Assembly (NCBI RefSeq): GCF_006345805.1
Contig: NW_021831867.1
Span: 1 to 63,146 of the forward strand
From: Octopus sinensis
Taxonomy: Eukaryota
Reading direction: 5' to 3'
Length of the DNA: 63,146 nt
Positions 23,538 to 35,890 of this stretch are shown in pieces (position 1 is the stretch's first letter; every line of letters begins with the position of its first letter). Made by a program: the position numbers and the translations under genes. A model generated the notes under the pieces. The model ran no database searches, was not told where the DNA came from, and saw nothing but the letters and a program-made list of their open reading frames with translations.

Positions 23538-23800
23538 TTACACCCTAATCTCGGGTGAGTGAGATTGGTGGGGCAGTCCAACACTTGCTCACAGTACTGC
23601 AAACTTCTTCCCTCTCCTTCTCAATCATTCTATATATCAGACATCTCGTCAATCGATTTCAGCAGTCGGTGCGACGTAGGTGGCATCCAATCCGTGTTTT
23701 GTAGGTAATTGAAACCAGGCATTTCTCCTCTTGCTCAATTCTCTACAATTCCTTTGTTAATAATCTTGACTGCTTCCGAAACAGAAACCACTGCGACACC
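23538..23800 (-). pseudogene. Divergent 14-3-3-like gene, 5' half (copy 2 about 48737-49000)
   Basis: ELSKEEKCLVSITYK resembles ELSNEERNLLSVAYK, and YRMIEKEREEVC resembles YREKIETELRDIC. It joins the 3' half across the TA at 16147/23536 as EIRV*YYKTVD. Confidence 0.65.
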
Positions 23801-25145
23801 GAACTTGCCTAAAATTTTTCTATATGCTATCCGTGGATTAGCACTGCTTGGATGGACGTAAATAATACACAATCTCCCTCTGCTTAATAAATGTGGCATT
23901 CCAGTAAAAATATATGATTTAAACGACAATCATGAAAAAATAGTGTTCTATCTTTTTGTGAATAGGGACGGAGTAGGTTTAAAAGTATTACAAAGTGTTC
24001 TATCTCCTATATCGAAAGATTATTTGTTCAAGGCCAGACGAGAACATACATTCTGGCACTTGTAATGAAAAATAGAAAGCATCGTTCTGGAGCATAGGAA
24101 TGGGAATTATATGCCTAATAAAGAAGTCATCACGGCAGTTGTTTGCAATGACAAACTAATAATGCGAAAACCCCAGATGAAACAAATTGACAAATTATAA
24201 ATGACTCTGAGCATGAAAGTAAATGTGGAAATAATGAGTTATGGAGTCCCCTCAAGATGAGAAAAATTTCCAAAAACTAGGATCAATAATTACTTAATTT
24301 CTTATTATTTTCGGTTTTGGATTTAGTTAATAAAGTTTTTAATTTATTTGTTGTCTAACCAATGAGTTATTCGCAATAAAATATTAGCTTTAATTAGAAT
24401 GCTTTCACTTGTCCTACTTTTTGTTGACTTAGTGGTCCAAAGTGACTGTGACTTAACAAAACGGTTTTTGAAAAATTGCTTATTTGAATCAGAGTTTTGC
24501 AAAACTGTGAATTCAATGGAGCAAATGCTGCAGGAAATGACAAAATAACTACAATTTCTAGCAACGTTACATTTCCAAATGGAGAAATATTCTCGAATTT
24601 AACGAACTTGGTGCAATTGTAATCAACATTTTTTTAACACTAGTTACTGTCGTGGAGACTCGCTAAAGAGAATACTAAACAACTCATTTGACGGGTTGAT
24701 TCACCTACGTATTGTGTACATTCAAATATTTTGAATCATTAGAGAACTGCATTACTGTAGTAGCCTTCGTTACGTGAACGTAGATGCCTTTGCAAGTCTA
24801 TTCGGATTACCCTTTCTGTACAAATCTTATTCTAACATTAAAGTTACATGCCATTATATACCATTTTCCAGAGGCCAAAAATCAGTCGTCCCCTCTACAT
24901 GAAGTATTTTAACTTACTGACTTTGTAGTATTATTGACGGCCAGAAAATGTGCATATTCACAAATGGGTCCCAACCCATAATGTATACTTATATATTCAA
25001 ATATAAGGATTACGACAGTGACAGATGAGCTAAATATCAAATTAACTGATAAAAGTGTAGAAATGGATCCATTTACAAGTCCAGACGCAACACTAATCAC
25101 TGAGGAAGCCTACGGTGTGTTATTTTACTCACAATAGATTGCAAC

Positions 25146-25493
25146 CAGTGTTCCCTCTAAGCGAGTGGTAGCTATGCGCGCTGGGCACATTGCATTGTGC
25201 AGCGTTATAAAGTGACGTGTGCAAAAAATTTTTGGGGGGGGGAAAATTTTACAATTAAAAACCAATGGTTAAAAAATAGGTCTAGTCAATTGGATATTCT
25301 CTTCTGTTTTATTTTGTATCCAAAATTTGTATACTCGATCAAGATCCACTGTATTCCCACTTGTTAAATAGAATTTGATTCGCATGATCATCTCCAAATG
25401 GTCAATCTCTACTGCGCAGAAAAAAATTTCGCTGCGCAGCAAGGTGCAAACTGCTGCGCGGCCGCGCACGCGCGCAGCTTAGAGGGAACACTG
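25146..25493 (-). mobile_element. 348-bp MITE derived from the 14754-15920 hAT element
   Basis: Same 16-bp TIRs, 8-bp TSD ATTGCAAC, internal deletion. Exact empty site in copy 2 near 50350. Confidence 0.95.
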
Positions 25494-25759
25494 ATTGCAA
25501 CCTCTGCCGATATCCCGGATCAAGCAATCTTCTATGCTGGAAGGATTGCTTTTGACCTACATTTCGGATGTTACTAATTGACTAACCTAATTATTTGCTT
25601 TAATATTCCTTGTTCCTCTTTTGCGACACCACTTGCCAAAAATTCTTTTTAGATGCTATTCATGGATTAGCACAGCTTGGATGGATGTGAAATAAAAACA
25701 CAATCTTCCCCTGCTTAATAAGTGTGGCATTCCTGTAAAAATGTAATTTAATGCGCTCT

Positions 25760-27240
25760 ACGCCCTGCTTTCCCGAACAAGAATACTTATTTCGCCTCGA
25801 TAATCTGGTTTCCAAAGCCCTTGTGCAGTTTTAATGATATTTACTTGTGATAAAATTCAAATCTGATGATATTCTGCGTGCTAATTTGCCCATCCGTTAT
25901 GGGGGCATCGGTATTCGCTCTTGCCGTGATTTATCCCTTCCGTGTTACCTATCATCGTTGTCCGCCTCCACTAATTTCGTCAACTCTGTTCTTTTTCCCT
26001 CTTCTGAACAGTGCGAGTTGTTGGAATATGCGGCTGGTGTCAGCGTGTTGGTTTCTCGGGGGCTTAAAGTCCCGGACATTCCGTCGGCTCAAAGGAACTG
26101 GGACAACATATATTGTTCGCATGTAATTGAAGATATCCGTAAATATTTTTACAATCCTGATTAAATATATTATTGTCATCATGCCTCGGAATATATTGAA
26201 TTATTTAGTTAAGAATCCAGATCGTCAGTGATTTCTCTTCTTTGCTTGGAAGAAGAGTTTGGCCCAAACTTCCCTTAATTTTCCATTTTTGCGTAGTTGT
26301 TCAGCTGAGTGTCCTCGCAACATGCTAGCTTAGCAAGTTGATTGGCAGCCGATGCGTACTCTTCATTAGCTACCCTCATTCCGTGTCTGTGTTCAATGAG
26401 CTACTCTACAGCGTCCTCTTCAGCACAACCGATTAGATGTATGTACAAGTTCCATCTTCAATGGATAACTTATTATGAATTTTAAAGAACTTTGAGACAA
26501 CTCCACTCCATGTAAGACAATCGGAATAACCTTTAAAAAAGAATACACGACTTGATGATAAAAGTTGTAAAAAATAGTGATCATTATAAATCCGATTATT
26601 CATCTCTCTTACACGTGCTCATCGAATCTTTTATTTGGGAAAAAAGGTTCACCAAGGGGATCCACTCTCCTATTTGCCCTCGCAGTGGACCATATTGCCC
26701 GCTCAATTTGTGGTATCTTGATGATATCCCCTTTGGTGGTTCGTTTAAATCACAATGTCGTCGATATTATTTGGTCTATCCCTCAAAATGGGAGTTCACT
26801 CTGCTTTCCCCAACCATTCCCTATTTGATCAGGCCTCCTTTCTGGCTGTCGGTCTCAGATCTGGTTGTCCTTGGTTCGCCACTCTCCGATGGAACACTCC
26901 TATCACAAATAAAAAACGTGAGCTTGTTGCCTCTATGATTCGGTGGTATTGCTCGGGCATGTTCGGTTTTGGAGACCACTCTTCCCTGTCGGTTAAACGA
27001 AACATTTCAATATAAACAACGTCGTCAAACGGGGCTTTAATGGCCTCCCTTCGGTTGGAGCCTACTGGTCTTGATTGAGGAGACGGCAAACGTCCGCATG
27101 GAATGACGGCCTTCTCATTCAACAAGGGAATGTGCCCCGTATGGAAAGTAAACTATGTCCTGCCTTCGCTCTCGCCAGGCCGAGGATATCAAACGGTGTA
27201 GGCGTCGCTTACTTACTCCGTTCATCCTAATATGACTCCT
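25760..27240 (+). mobile_element. Cluster of CRE-clade LINE fragments (thumb, RT core, RLE), not in normal order
   Basis: LPIRYGGIGIR at 25847-26164, QGDP..LFALAV..WYLDD at about 26640-26730, and DGKRPHGMT at about 27080. Confidence 0.7.
26180..26540 (-). mobile_element. 3' fragment of a second R4/Dong-like subfamily
   Basis: VIPIVLTWSGVVSKFF..SVVLKRTL..IEHRHGMRVANEEYASAANQL aligns with the C-terminus of the 19848-23456 element. Confidence 0.75.
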
Positions 27241-28329
27241 CCTAAGCAGTGACAATAATTAATGTTATAAATTAGGACTGTTCAGGAATGCCACATTTCC
27301 TGCCAAATGTGACCTGAGTGCAATAATCAGGCGACCACTCGAATGGAAACAACCCTTCCTCTGACAAATACAGTCAACACGTCATACCCATAAAAAAGCC
27401 GGCCGAACACTGCTGGGTTGCCACCCTAGCATTGCTGTCATACACAAGCGAGGTTGTGCACTTTACATCCTTCTAATTCACATAATACAAACTACCCCAT
27501 TTACAAATTCCACACGAGAAGGTTTTTCAGTATTTTCAAACTAAATTTTGATTAATAAAAATACTTTAATGTTGGGGGAAACATTCTTTGGTTGAATCGA
27601 CGTGGTGATCTCCAACTCAATGTCAGACAAATCGGAAACATCAAAGGATAACTCATCTCTACACAACATCAAATCATTACACCCAACATTTCCCGTTTTC
27701 TGAGTCTATAAGCCTCAGGAACAACATATTCTCCCTCCTCTCTCCTATTTGATGGGGTAAATACGAGTCCATCGAGCTTAAATATATCCACGCAGTCACC
27801 TTAGTGTCGTCATCTCCTCTTTTTTGTCTGATTTGAGTATTTTTTGACATTTGTTTGGTAGGCGGGGGTCTCTGAGAGGTCACATGAACTACTTTCGAAG
27901 GCACGTGCTCTGATTGAGGTCCACTTGTGGGCTTGGATTTCTTTTTTCCGTATTCTTGCCATTGTGTCTGATCAGGTAAGAGGAACTTGGCCTACAGTGC
28001 CCTCTCTGATGGAGGATATGGCTTTGGAGACCATTTGTTGGTTGTCCTTGAGGGAGGTTATTGCTGTCGTTTCTGAGCATCCAGTTTGATTCATTATTTG
28101 TTTAACTTGTTCGGAGAAAGCAGAGCTGTCCATTTGTCAGTTAAAGTCTATTTTGATTGTAATAAATAACTACAGCACAAATCAATATTACACGTTATTG
28201 ATAATGTATTTATTTGTAAATTAAAAATATATTTTAATAATAATTAAATATATTTGAACTAAAATTACTGGCTGTTGATCTAAAAATAGTCTAATGTACA
28301 CTAAAGCACATAAAAACGGTAATTATTTT

Positions 28330-28423
28330 AATGCTGGCAACAAATCAGAAATCTCCAAAATTAGCTTAGAAAGGTCGCAGCGCGTCTTCGCTGGACTGAC
28401 CCTTAAGTCAGCGACATTATTTC
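28330..28423 (-). ncRNA. Candidate Sm-class small RNA (spliced-leader-like architecture)
   Basis: GC-rich island containing hairpin CTGAC-TTAAGG-GTCAG (with donor-like AGG|GTCAGT), hairpin CAGCG-AAGACG-CGCTG, and Sm-like AATTTTGGAG at 28362-28353. Identity is not established. Confidence 0.4.
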
Positions 28424-29020
28424 TTTTTTTAAAAAAACTTATTTATCGACAAAAAAGAGTATAATGATATTTTAATAACTAATGCCTCACGAGACGTTCG
28501 GCCGGCCTCGCGAATAGCAAAGCCATTCCCACGAATCACGGCGATCGACAGACCATCCAAGAGCCAGGATGACTCTCCTGAATCGTGTCTTACTCTTCAC
28601 ATTCGTCGGCCGAGAGAGCGAAGAAAGCGGAGTGTCTTAAGGCCGAAGATCTCCGAAGACTCCAAACGATTAGAGTTAAATAAACTAATTCTTAAAAAAG
28701 TCTCCCAATATGTATTGACTCGTCCTTAGCTTTAACAAAATAAATAATTCATTATTTTAAACTCTGGCATATAACACGGCCAGGCAGTTCAATCGGAAAA
28801 AATCATCTTTTACAAAGAGTTTCGCTCCCGGCAATGTTGGACGGGCAGAGAGTGTCCACACAGGTTGCGTCCCAGGGGTTTCCCCTCTTCAAATGGGAAA
28901 ATTGTGATCCCATCAGGACGTTTTCCATCTCCTCGGTCAAGCTCGGCCGGTTCAAGTACGGCTGGGTATCCTGCAGACTCCAGGGCTCGCTTGAAAATTG
29001 ACGCCAGTATGAGAAAAGGA
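28424..29020 (-). mobile_element. CRE-clade LINE 3' fragment with short A-tail
   Basis: AGYPAVLEPAELDRGDGKRPDGITIFPF, WDATCVDTL and LSIAVIRGNGFAIR; A7 tail at 28424-28430. Confidence 0.8.
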
Positions 29021-29039
29021 AATAAACTAGGCAGATTTG

Positions 29040-30218
29040 GGTGGAGGGACAGTGAAAAACGTCACACCAAGAACACACTTCATTTGATAAATCACGCTGG
29101 CAAAATAATAAAAATGTGCAAATGTCATTCCTCCTACAAAAACCCTCAAAAAACAGTCCTCCACGACCAAAATAATGTCAGAGGAATAAAATAATCAAAT
29201 GTGGTGATCCCCAAAAGTCCAATCAGTGGCAGCAAAAAAGGATTGGTGACGGGAGCCAATAAACTGCAAATTTGTGCCACAATAAGCCGCAACACAATAT
29301 TTGAAGACACCACTCCATAAAGCCATAAAACACATTTTGGCTGAGAAAGCATCATTTGAGACGGAAAAATGAAAAATCCAGTAAAAATCAAATTGAAGCC
29401 CAAAATAGGCCAGAGAGGCCGAAACGAGTCCTTAAACGAGCCCGTCCTCCCTTTCCCCAGAACATACGCTGAATGAACGTTATATAAACAAGCAGGGACA
29501 GATATACACCAGATAGTGATCTGATAAATTATCTCCGCCAATTCGTAGTAGTGCAAGTTGTAGGAAACCAGTCCGAGGGCTGGAAGTGGCTGGAAAAGTG
29601 GAAGAACGGCCAAGAAAAGTGTCAGTCCCAGAAAAGTAGGATCGTAAGCCCAGGGAAGGAAGAGAGTGCCAGTAATGTATTTCTCCCAATGTGAGAGATA
29701 AAACAAAGAGAGAATTGAGCCAAGATTGAAAACTAATCTCCCAAGTGACATCCCTCCACTGCCCCCGCAGACATAAAGGGAGGAGAAGACGAACATGACC
29801 AACAAAAAGGCAGAAAAACTATCACAGCCGTGGTCGAGGAGTTCCCCCATGGCACTGCTGATCTCCAACTTCCTGGCCTGCATTCCGTCAGTTCCGTCGA
29901 GGGTGTGTGAGAGAAATGTGCAGAGGGAAGTGACAAGCCACGCCTAGCCAGGAATGGGAAGGAAGACGACAAGTAGGTTGAACCACAAAAATTATGGTCG
30001 TATTGGTCAATGGCAAAATAGACTATGATGAGGACAGACAAACTGAGGAGGGTTAGGACATTCGGGGATAGCCAGACCGGGCAGTAGGACTCGGCAATCC
30101 AACGCCAGAATGGCTTGGTTATGTATTTAGACACAGGACTGTTGTCTACAGCATTGTATTTGTATGCTTTTATTCTCTCCGCTTCGTTGCTATCAAGATA
30201 CGATGTTAAAAACGACAT
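29040..30218 (-). pseudogene. CEPT1/EPT1-family phosphotransferase, full-length but disrupted copy
   Basis: MSFLTSYL..YKYNAVDNS, LDGTDGMQARK..GELLDHGCD, HWEKYITGTLFLPW and LRLIVAQIC motifs. Frameshift plus TAG near 29945 and another frameshift near 29150. The 3' end is approximate. Confidence 0.85.
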
Positions 30219-30276
30219 TTATACAACAACCACGGCACACTTTAAATATTAAAAGTTTATTTAAAAATTGAGAAAA

Positions 30277-30358
30277 TACCGACAGTGGGATTCGAACCCA
30301 CGAGGACATTGTCCAATGCATCTTAAGTGCACCGCCTTAACCGCTCGGCCATATCGGT
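30277..30358 (-). tRNA. tRNA-Leu(UAA)
   Basis: 82-nt type II cloverleaf with anticodon arm GTGCA-CTTAAGA-TGCAT. Confidence 0.96.
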
Positions 30359-30926
30359 GTTTATTTCATTTTATTACTTTTAAAAACTAACTTCATATTT
30401 ACGCTATTTGTATATTTAGCTTCGTAATTTTTAATAAATTTTTATCTCTTTTTTATTTGTACTTTTTAATTTATCTCAAATCAATTTTTTTTCTCTTTTT
30501 AGATTGCCAATCTCTAAATAAGCATACTTATCCATCTCATAGGCCTGGCCTCTTTTGTTGTCGTTATCAAAGATTCTTCCGTTGCTCTATTTGTAAGGCG
30601 AGTCTTTCGGCGTTGCTTCGGCGGCATCATTCCAGCTTATGTCCTCATCCATACTCTCTAATGTTTTCCTGACAACCATCGACTGAATGTAAGCTCGTTT
30701 GGGTCCCTGAGACTGATTTAGTCGCAGTGATGTTTCTAGAATTTACTCACAACATTTTCATGTTAGTACAAATGGTGCTATAGTTACGCTGTGGATTACT
30801 CACAGTTCACAGATAGTAATCCATAAACCCTGCTTCCATACTATTGTAAAAAGGCAGGACATTAAACAAATATGGGACACATAAATGCACTCAGTGGTTG
30901 CATGAGGCATAAAAAGGAAAACCCTT

Positions 30927-30992
30927 GTCTGTCGATGTGGGCCACCTTCTTGCGGTGGAAGATGATAGTTCTATACTACGAAAAGACTTACA
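30927..30992 (+). ncRNA. HDV-like ribozyme fold, copy 2
   Basis: Same fold as 4572-4637. P1.1 is intact here (L3 TC pairs with GA at 30964-30965), but there is one P1 mismatch and one P2 mismatch. Confidence 0.7.
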
Positions 30993-31995
30993 ACTACTCC
31001 CCTATCGAAGCCGTTGCTCCCAAAGGCCTCTTTGCTTATCAAACTCGCCCTTCTCCTTTCCGGAGACATTGAACCAAATCCTGGCCCCAGCAAGAAGACC
31101 CTATTACGTATCTTGCAGATCAACATCAATGGGATTGCTCCGAAGACTGCTGAACTTTATTCCTTTCCTGGAGAAGCACGACATTCCTTTGGTGCAAGAA
31201 ACGAAGCTCTCGACCAAAAATCACTTTCCCTGGATACTCATACATCCGGCTGTGTACTCCAATTCTGGCCCCTGTTATCTCTTGGAAGATCATTTACGAC
31301 CTAAATTCTGACCACAACCCGATTATTATTGAGAATGCCCTAAAATCAAACATCGACATTCAACGGCGTTGTTATACGAATTACAAAAGAGATTCCTGGG
31401 ACGACTACTGTCTCGCTCTAGAAAAATCATTGAATGATTTCGACATTATCAACTTTCGTCTGACTGACGCAGCAGTCAATTATGCACTTCCCACTTCCAA
31501 AAAATTCATTCCTCAAGGAATTATACAAAAATCTCCCAAAGTTACAGCCAAGGAGTAAACGCCCAAAGACCCGTAACAAACTGAAACGGGAAAATGGATA
31601 GAACTGATGAATCTAAACAAACAAATCACTGCTGCCATAAATCGCCCTCGAAATTATCGGTTATTTTCTTCCGACAATCAAACCTTCACCCGAAGTTATC
31701 TCTCTTTGGTTCTGACCTCCCACTATGCAAAAACCCTACTATCCTCGGACTTACTTTTGATCCAACTATGTCTTTCACATGTCTCTAACATTTCTGTCAA
31801 GGCAAACAGACGCAAAAACAAAGCAATAAGTGGTCACATTACAATAAGTTATGCGAGTCCAAGCTGGGCGCCCTGCCTATCCATAAACTCGACAATGGCA
31901 CTTCAATCAGTAAAAAACAAGGCACAATATGTGGGTGTCTAAAATCAACCCCAATTGATAACCTCCACTGTGAAACAAACCTTTTGATGATCATC
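30927..31995 (+). mobile_element. Internally deleted Ingi/Vingi-like LINE, copy 2, with intact 2A motif
   Basis: GDIEPNPGP at 31062-31088; APE start LRILQININGI and APE end SDHNPII; RT C-terminal remnants. Confidence 0.82.
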
Positions 31996-32664
31996 TAAAT
32001 ATGAGAGGAGTGCCATGCGCACAATATTTTTATAAGCGTGATTGTGTTTATTCTCAGCCACTGACTGAACAGAGTAGATTTTTAAACTCATTGATTTCTT
32101 AATTACATTCTCCCTGCATGTACACATCTGCCTTGGTGAGTAGTCATTATTATTTGTAGATGATCAATGAACAGTTGGTGTATATGTAGCCATCATCTTG
32201 GTCATCCATCATAACTTTTGGGTACTTTCACTGAGTGGATTCATTACAAATGCAAAGATTTGGAGTGACAAGAAATCACCCTGAGTATGTTTCTTTCCAT
32301 TTTGATTTTCCAATCACGTTCTGGTTGGGGATTGGCTTAATTCTCCAATTTGCGACAAGGTTCGGAGTGAGGGGGCCGAGTTTGCAAGAAAGTCGTGATC
32401 AACCGAATGGAACGCTTTATCACATCAATCCAGATAGAAAACAAATTATTTCCGCTTTATTTGTGAATGCACTGATTAATTATTGCTCGTTCGGGTTGAT
32501 TATTGGCAAACACATAAACGACACTCATGACTCGATTCAGGAAGGAAACATGACTTTGTTGTTTTGGATGATTAGGAGGAATAAAGTATAATTAAATGTA
32601 AAAAATAGAATATAGTAGAAAAGTAAAAAATAAATAGTCGATTAGTTTTAGTGGTGTGGATAAG

Positions 32665-33492
32665 ATGGGCGACGAGAAAAGGTAGTAGATGAATGATAGA
32701 ACTAGTAAACTTAATTAATTAGAAAATTATTTGTTGGTGGGTTAGCCTCAGAGACAAATAATGGTAATGTGGGTGTTAGAAATAGAAGAATCGATGAAGG
32801 CGTACTTTGGTCGGTTCGGTGAAGTGGAGGAGTGCATAGTGATGACGAACGTGGAGACAGGGCAGTCGCGTGGATTTGGATTTGTGACATTCGAGTCTGC
32901 TTTGTCAGTGCAGAAAGTGATGGGTACATTGACGCACGTGGTGGATGGGAGGCAAGTGGACCCGAAGATGTGCAATCCGCGAGGGAAAGTAATAAGTTGG
33001 TGGAGTAGTGAAGGGTGGAGGAGATGGGTCGGACGGGAAGATCTTCATAGGGGGACTGCCTGCGAACTGCACAGAGGAGACGATAAAGGCCTTTTTTTCG
33101 TACTACGGAAATGTGAGTGGTTGAATGACATGTGAGGTGACGGACACTATTTTGATGATGGACCAGAACAGAGAACGCCACCGAGGGTTCGGATTCGTCA
33201 CGTTCGATTCACAAGAGCCCGTCAACCGTCTGTGCATGGAGAGATACGTCGTCATTAGTGGCAAGAGAGTTGGCCCATCTTGTCAACGTAGGTCGAGTGC
33301 AAACTGGCTCAGCCACTCACTGGTCGTCGCACCACCCCTCGCTGGCCACGCCCATATCACATGCCTCTCTACCACTTTGGAGGACTCACTGACTGGACTA
33401 TGCAGGACTACTGGGACCAACAATACCACTACGCACAACAGCAGTGGGCTGCACAACAAATGGGCTACCCTCCTCCCGACCAACCTAACTAG
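32665..33492 (+). CDS. Two-RRM RNA-binding protein, copy 2
   Basis: Same exon structure as 6126-6951, with intron 2 of 22 nt; frame open to TAG. Confidence 0.9.
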
Positions 33493-33572
33493 TCCATTCT
33501 TTATTTGGCTTTCTTGTTTGTTTTATTGTGGCCACCCTGTTCTAGTTGTCATGATAACCATCCTACTTTACA

Positions 33573-34226
33573 ATGTTCACTAATACTTTCCAAAGCGGCA
33601 TGTTGTCCATTTTGTACAGCATTGGCAGTAAGCCACTCCAAATATGGGACAAACAGGCACATCTCCTCTATCACTACCACAGGTCAAGAACGGACACATC
33701 AAGAGAATCACCGACAACGACATCCAGTCACTCGTCCTCGAGATTGCCGGCACTAATGTCAGGTCCGCTCATTCCCCCCACTCCTTAGCACCACCTACAT
33801 CACCTGTCCTATGGACTTGTCCACTCTCGGCATCAAACTCCCCTTTCTTGTCATGATCATCAAAAACCTCAAAAAATACTTCACCTTCGAAGTCCAAGTC
33901 CTCGACGACAAAAACGTCAAACGACGATTCCGTGCCAGCAACTACCAAAGCACCACCCGAGTTAAGCCCTTCATCTGCACCATGCCCATGCGACTCGACG
34001 ACGGGTGGAACCAAATACAGTTCAACCTGTCGGACTTCACCAGACGTGCCTACGGGACTAATTATATCGAGACTTTGAGGGTCCAGGTCACTCCCTCTCC
34101 CCATTCTAGATCCATGCAAACTGCCGCATTCGACGAGTCTTTTTCTCCGAGAGGCTCTACTCCGAGGACGAACTCCCCGCAGAGTTCAAGTTGTATCTCC
34201 CCGTCCAGAACAAGGCTCGTTCTTAA
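33573..34226 (+). CDS. CFAP20: CFAP20 (Bug22), copy 2, frame intact
   Basis: Spliced frame reads [19 protein letters not shown] through to NKARS*. Three tiny introns, the first GC-AG. Confidence 0.95.
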
Positions 34227-35049
34227 CACACTAATTCACTATTAACGCTAATATGTTCGGGTTATGATTGCTCATATCCTTTCCTTCAGACAAGTCCTGT
34301 CACATTAACTGAACTGCCATTATTCTATCCAGCATATTTGGGAGATCAATCAGTCCAAGATGTAGGTAGACATCTCTGACTTAAAGGCGCTTCACTTTTC
34401 AGTAACTAATGTGCGATGTCAAATGGTATCAAAAAAACTTTCACTGATACCATAATCCTATGTCGCTACATATCCTTGTTGAATTCTGAATGTAACTCAT
34501 TTTTGACAATGTAAACTAAATATTTATTGATTATTATAAAGAAGGAATCTGAATGTGACTGGTTTCTAAAATTTTGGATTGCCAAGGCAATACATTCGAA
34601 AGATGCCTTCATCTCTCGTGAATTCGTGTGCGAATCGATTAGCGTTTGCAATGTCAGAGTCTTATCAAAAGAAAATTCCTAGATTTTAACTCAAACACAT
34701 TTTTAATGTAGAGAGAAAAACAGTAAAATTCAGTAAGGGAAATATCATGGTATGGTGTGCCATATGGATTCAGTAATTTGGTTGGGATAAAAGAAAAGAT
34801 GGATGGAGCTTTGTATGTTAACATACAAACGAATAATCTTATCTCATTTCTGAGCAAAATCGAAATTAAATTCCCAACAAGACAATGATCCGAAACATAC
34901 TTCGGCAATAACAAGGCGCTTTTTTCAAATAAATAATATCTAATAAATAATATCGAATTACTAGTCTAATTCATGCTTGTTCAGTTTTTATTTTTCTGAC
35001 TGATCGACTGGTTGGCCACCCCTGGTTCACCGCCACTTTTTTGCACTGT

Positions 35050-35890
35050 TTTTTGATTGAGGGAAACTATAAAAAGTATTTAAATTTGAAGACCACTAAC
35101 TCAAAACGATTTGCTAGATTAATGTTCCCTCTACCCAATTGTTGACCAGTTCGAGGTTGATAGAAGACCCGAGGTTGATCTAACATATCAATTTATTTTG
35201 TTAAATACATGAATAGATAAAGGGGAATAAAATTGGATATTCATTATATGAATCATACGCCCTTATGGATGTGAAATTGTTTTCATTTTTAGATTCACTC
35301 TTAAAATATGTAAATATCACTGATACAGTGCTATAGTAGTTATTCGCCATGTTTAGAGGCATGTATGTATATCTCCAATTAAACTAACTTATTATTTTAA
35401 AATTAAACAGTGTCTGGCGGGAGTATTTCGACGATGTAGTCCGTGGAACAGTTGTCAGCATATAAAAGCCACTTATCCTCGAACATTCTCCACCCAGTCA
35501 AGTAGCCCCGGGTAATTCCAAAGGGAGTCAGCAGGTGTTTCCAGAGTAACTATAATGAGTACTCAAGACAATACTTCTTCACTAGTCATTTCAATACCGT
35601 TGAATAGTCCTTTCACTTCGATAACTCGTGTGGTGATTATCCCCCTGACTTTGGTCTGGGTCGGGTCGAAAATAAGGAAATACGAGTCTAAAAATGTGCT
35701 TTGATAAATATGATTCTACTTTTAACCGCAGATATAAGATCATCAAGTGTTGCCCCAACTTTCCTCATTCTCCGGAAGAGCAGGATTTCTTCAAGCTTTA
35801 TAAACCCGAAGTCGTCAGAAAGAAGTGCAAGATAGCCGTCAGCCATCATATTTGTGCTAATTTATGATCAAAGTTTAGTTACTCTGAGAG
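35050..35890 (-). pseudogene. Tpt1-like remnant, copy 2
   Basis: Homologous to 10500-11320; PRVFYQPRTGQQLGRGNINLANRF region is visible. Confidence 0.45.

Larger units (their letters stand above)
1057..25750 (+). repeat. Segmental duplication, copy 1 (paired with 29549-50606)
   Basis: Colinear, often near-identical sequence from TAGTGCAAGTTGTAGG (1057 / 29549) to CCTGTAAAAATGTAATTTA (25750 / 50606), apart from copy-specific insertions and deletions. Confidence 0.95.

Noticed and set aside
23950-25140. Decayed membrane-protein gene on the minus strand; 23790-23930 also recurs, diverged, at 25620-25750
   Set aside because: Hydrophobic stretches and N-x-S/T sites are present, but no family could be assigned and the frames are broken.
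27660-28090. Gypsy pol (RNase H-integrase linker) remnant on the minus strand
   Set aside because: Only a vague DGLVF..VVPEAYR similarity; no catalytic motif or LTR.
29940-29950. A-to-I editing rescuing the TAG (to TGG) in the CEPT gene
   Set aside because: A frameshift is also needed, and TGG to TAG is a common decay mutation, also seen in the Tc1-like element.
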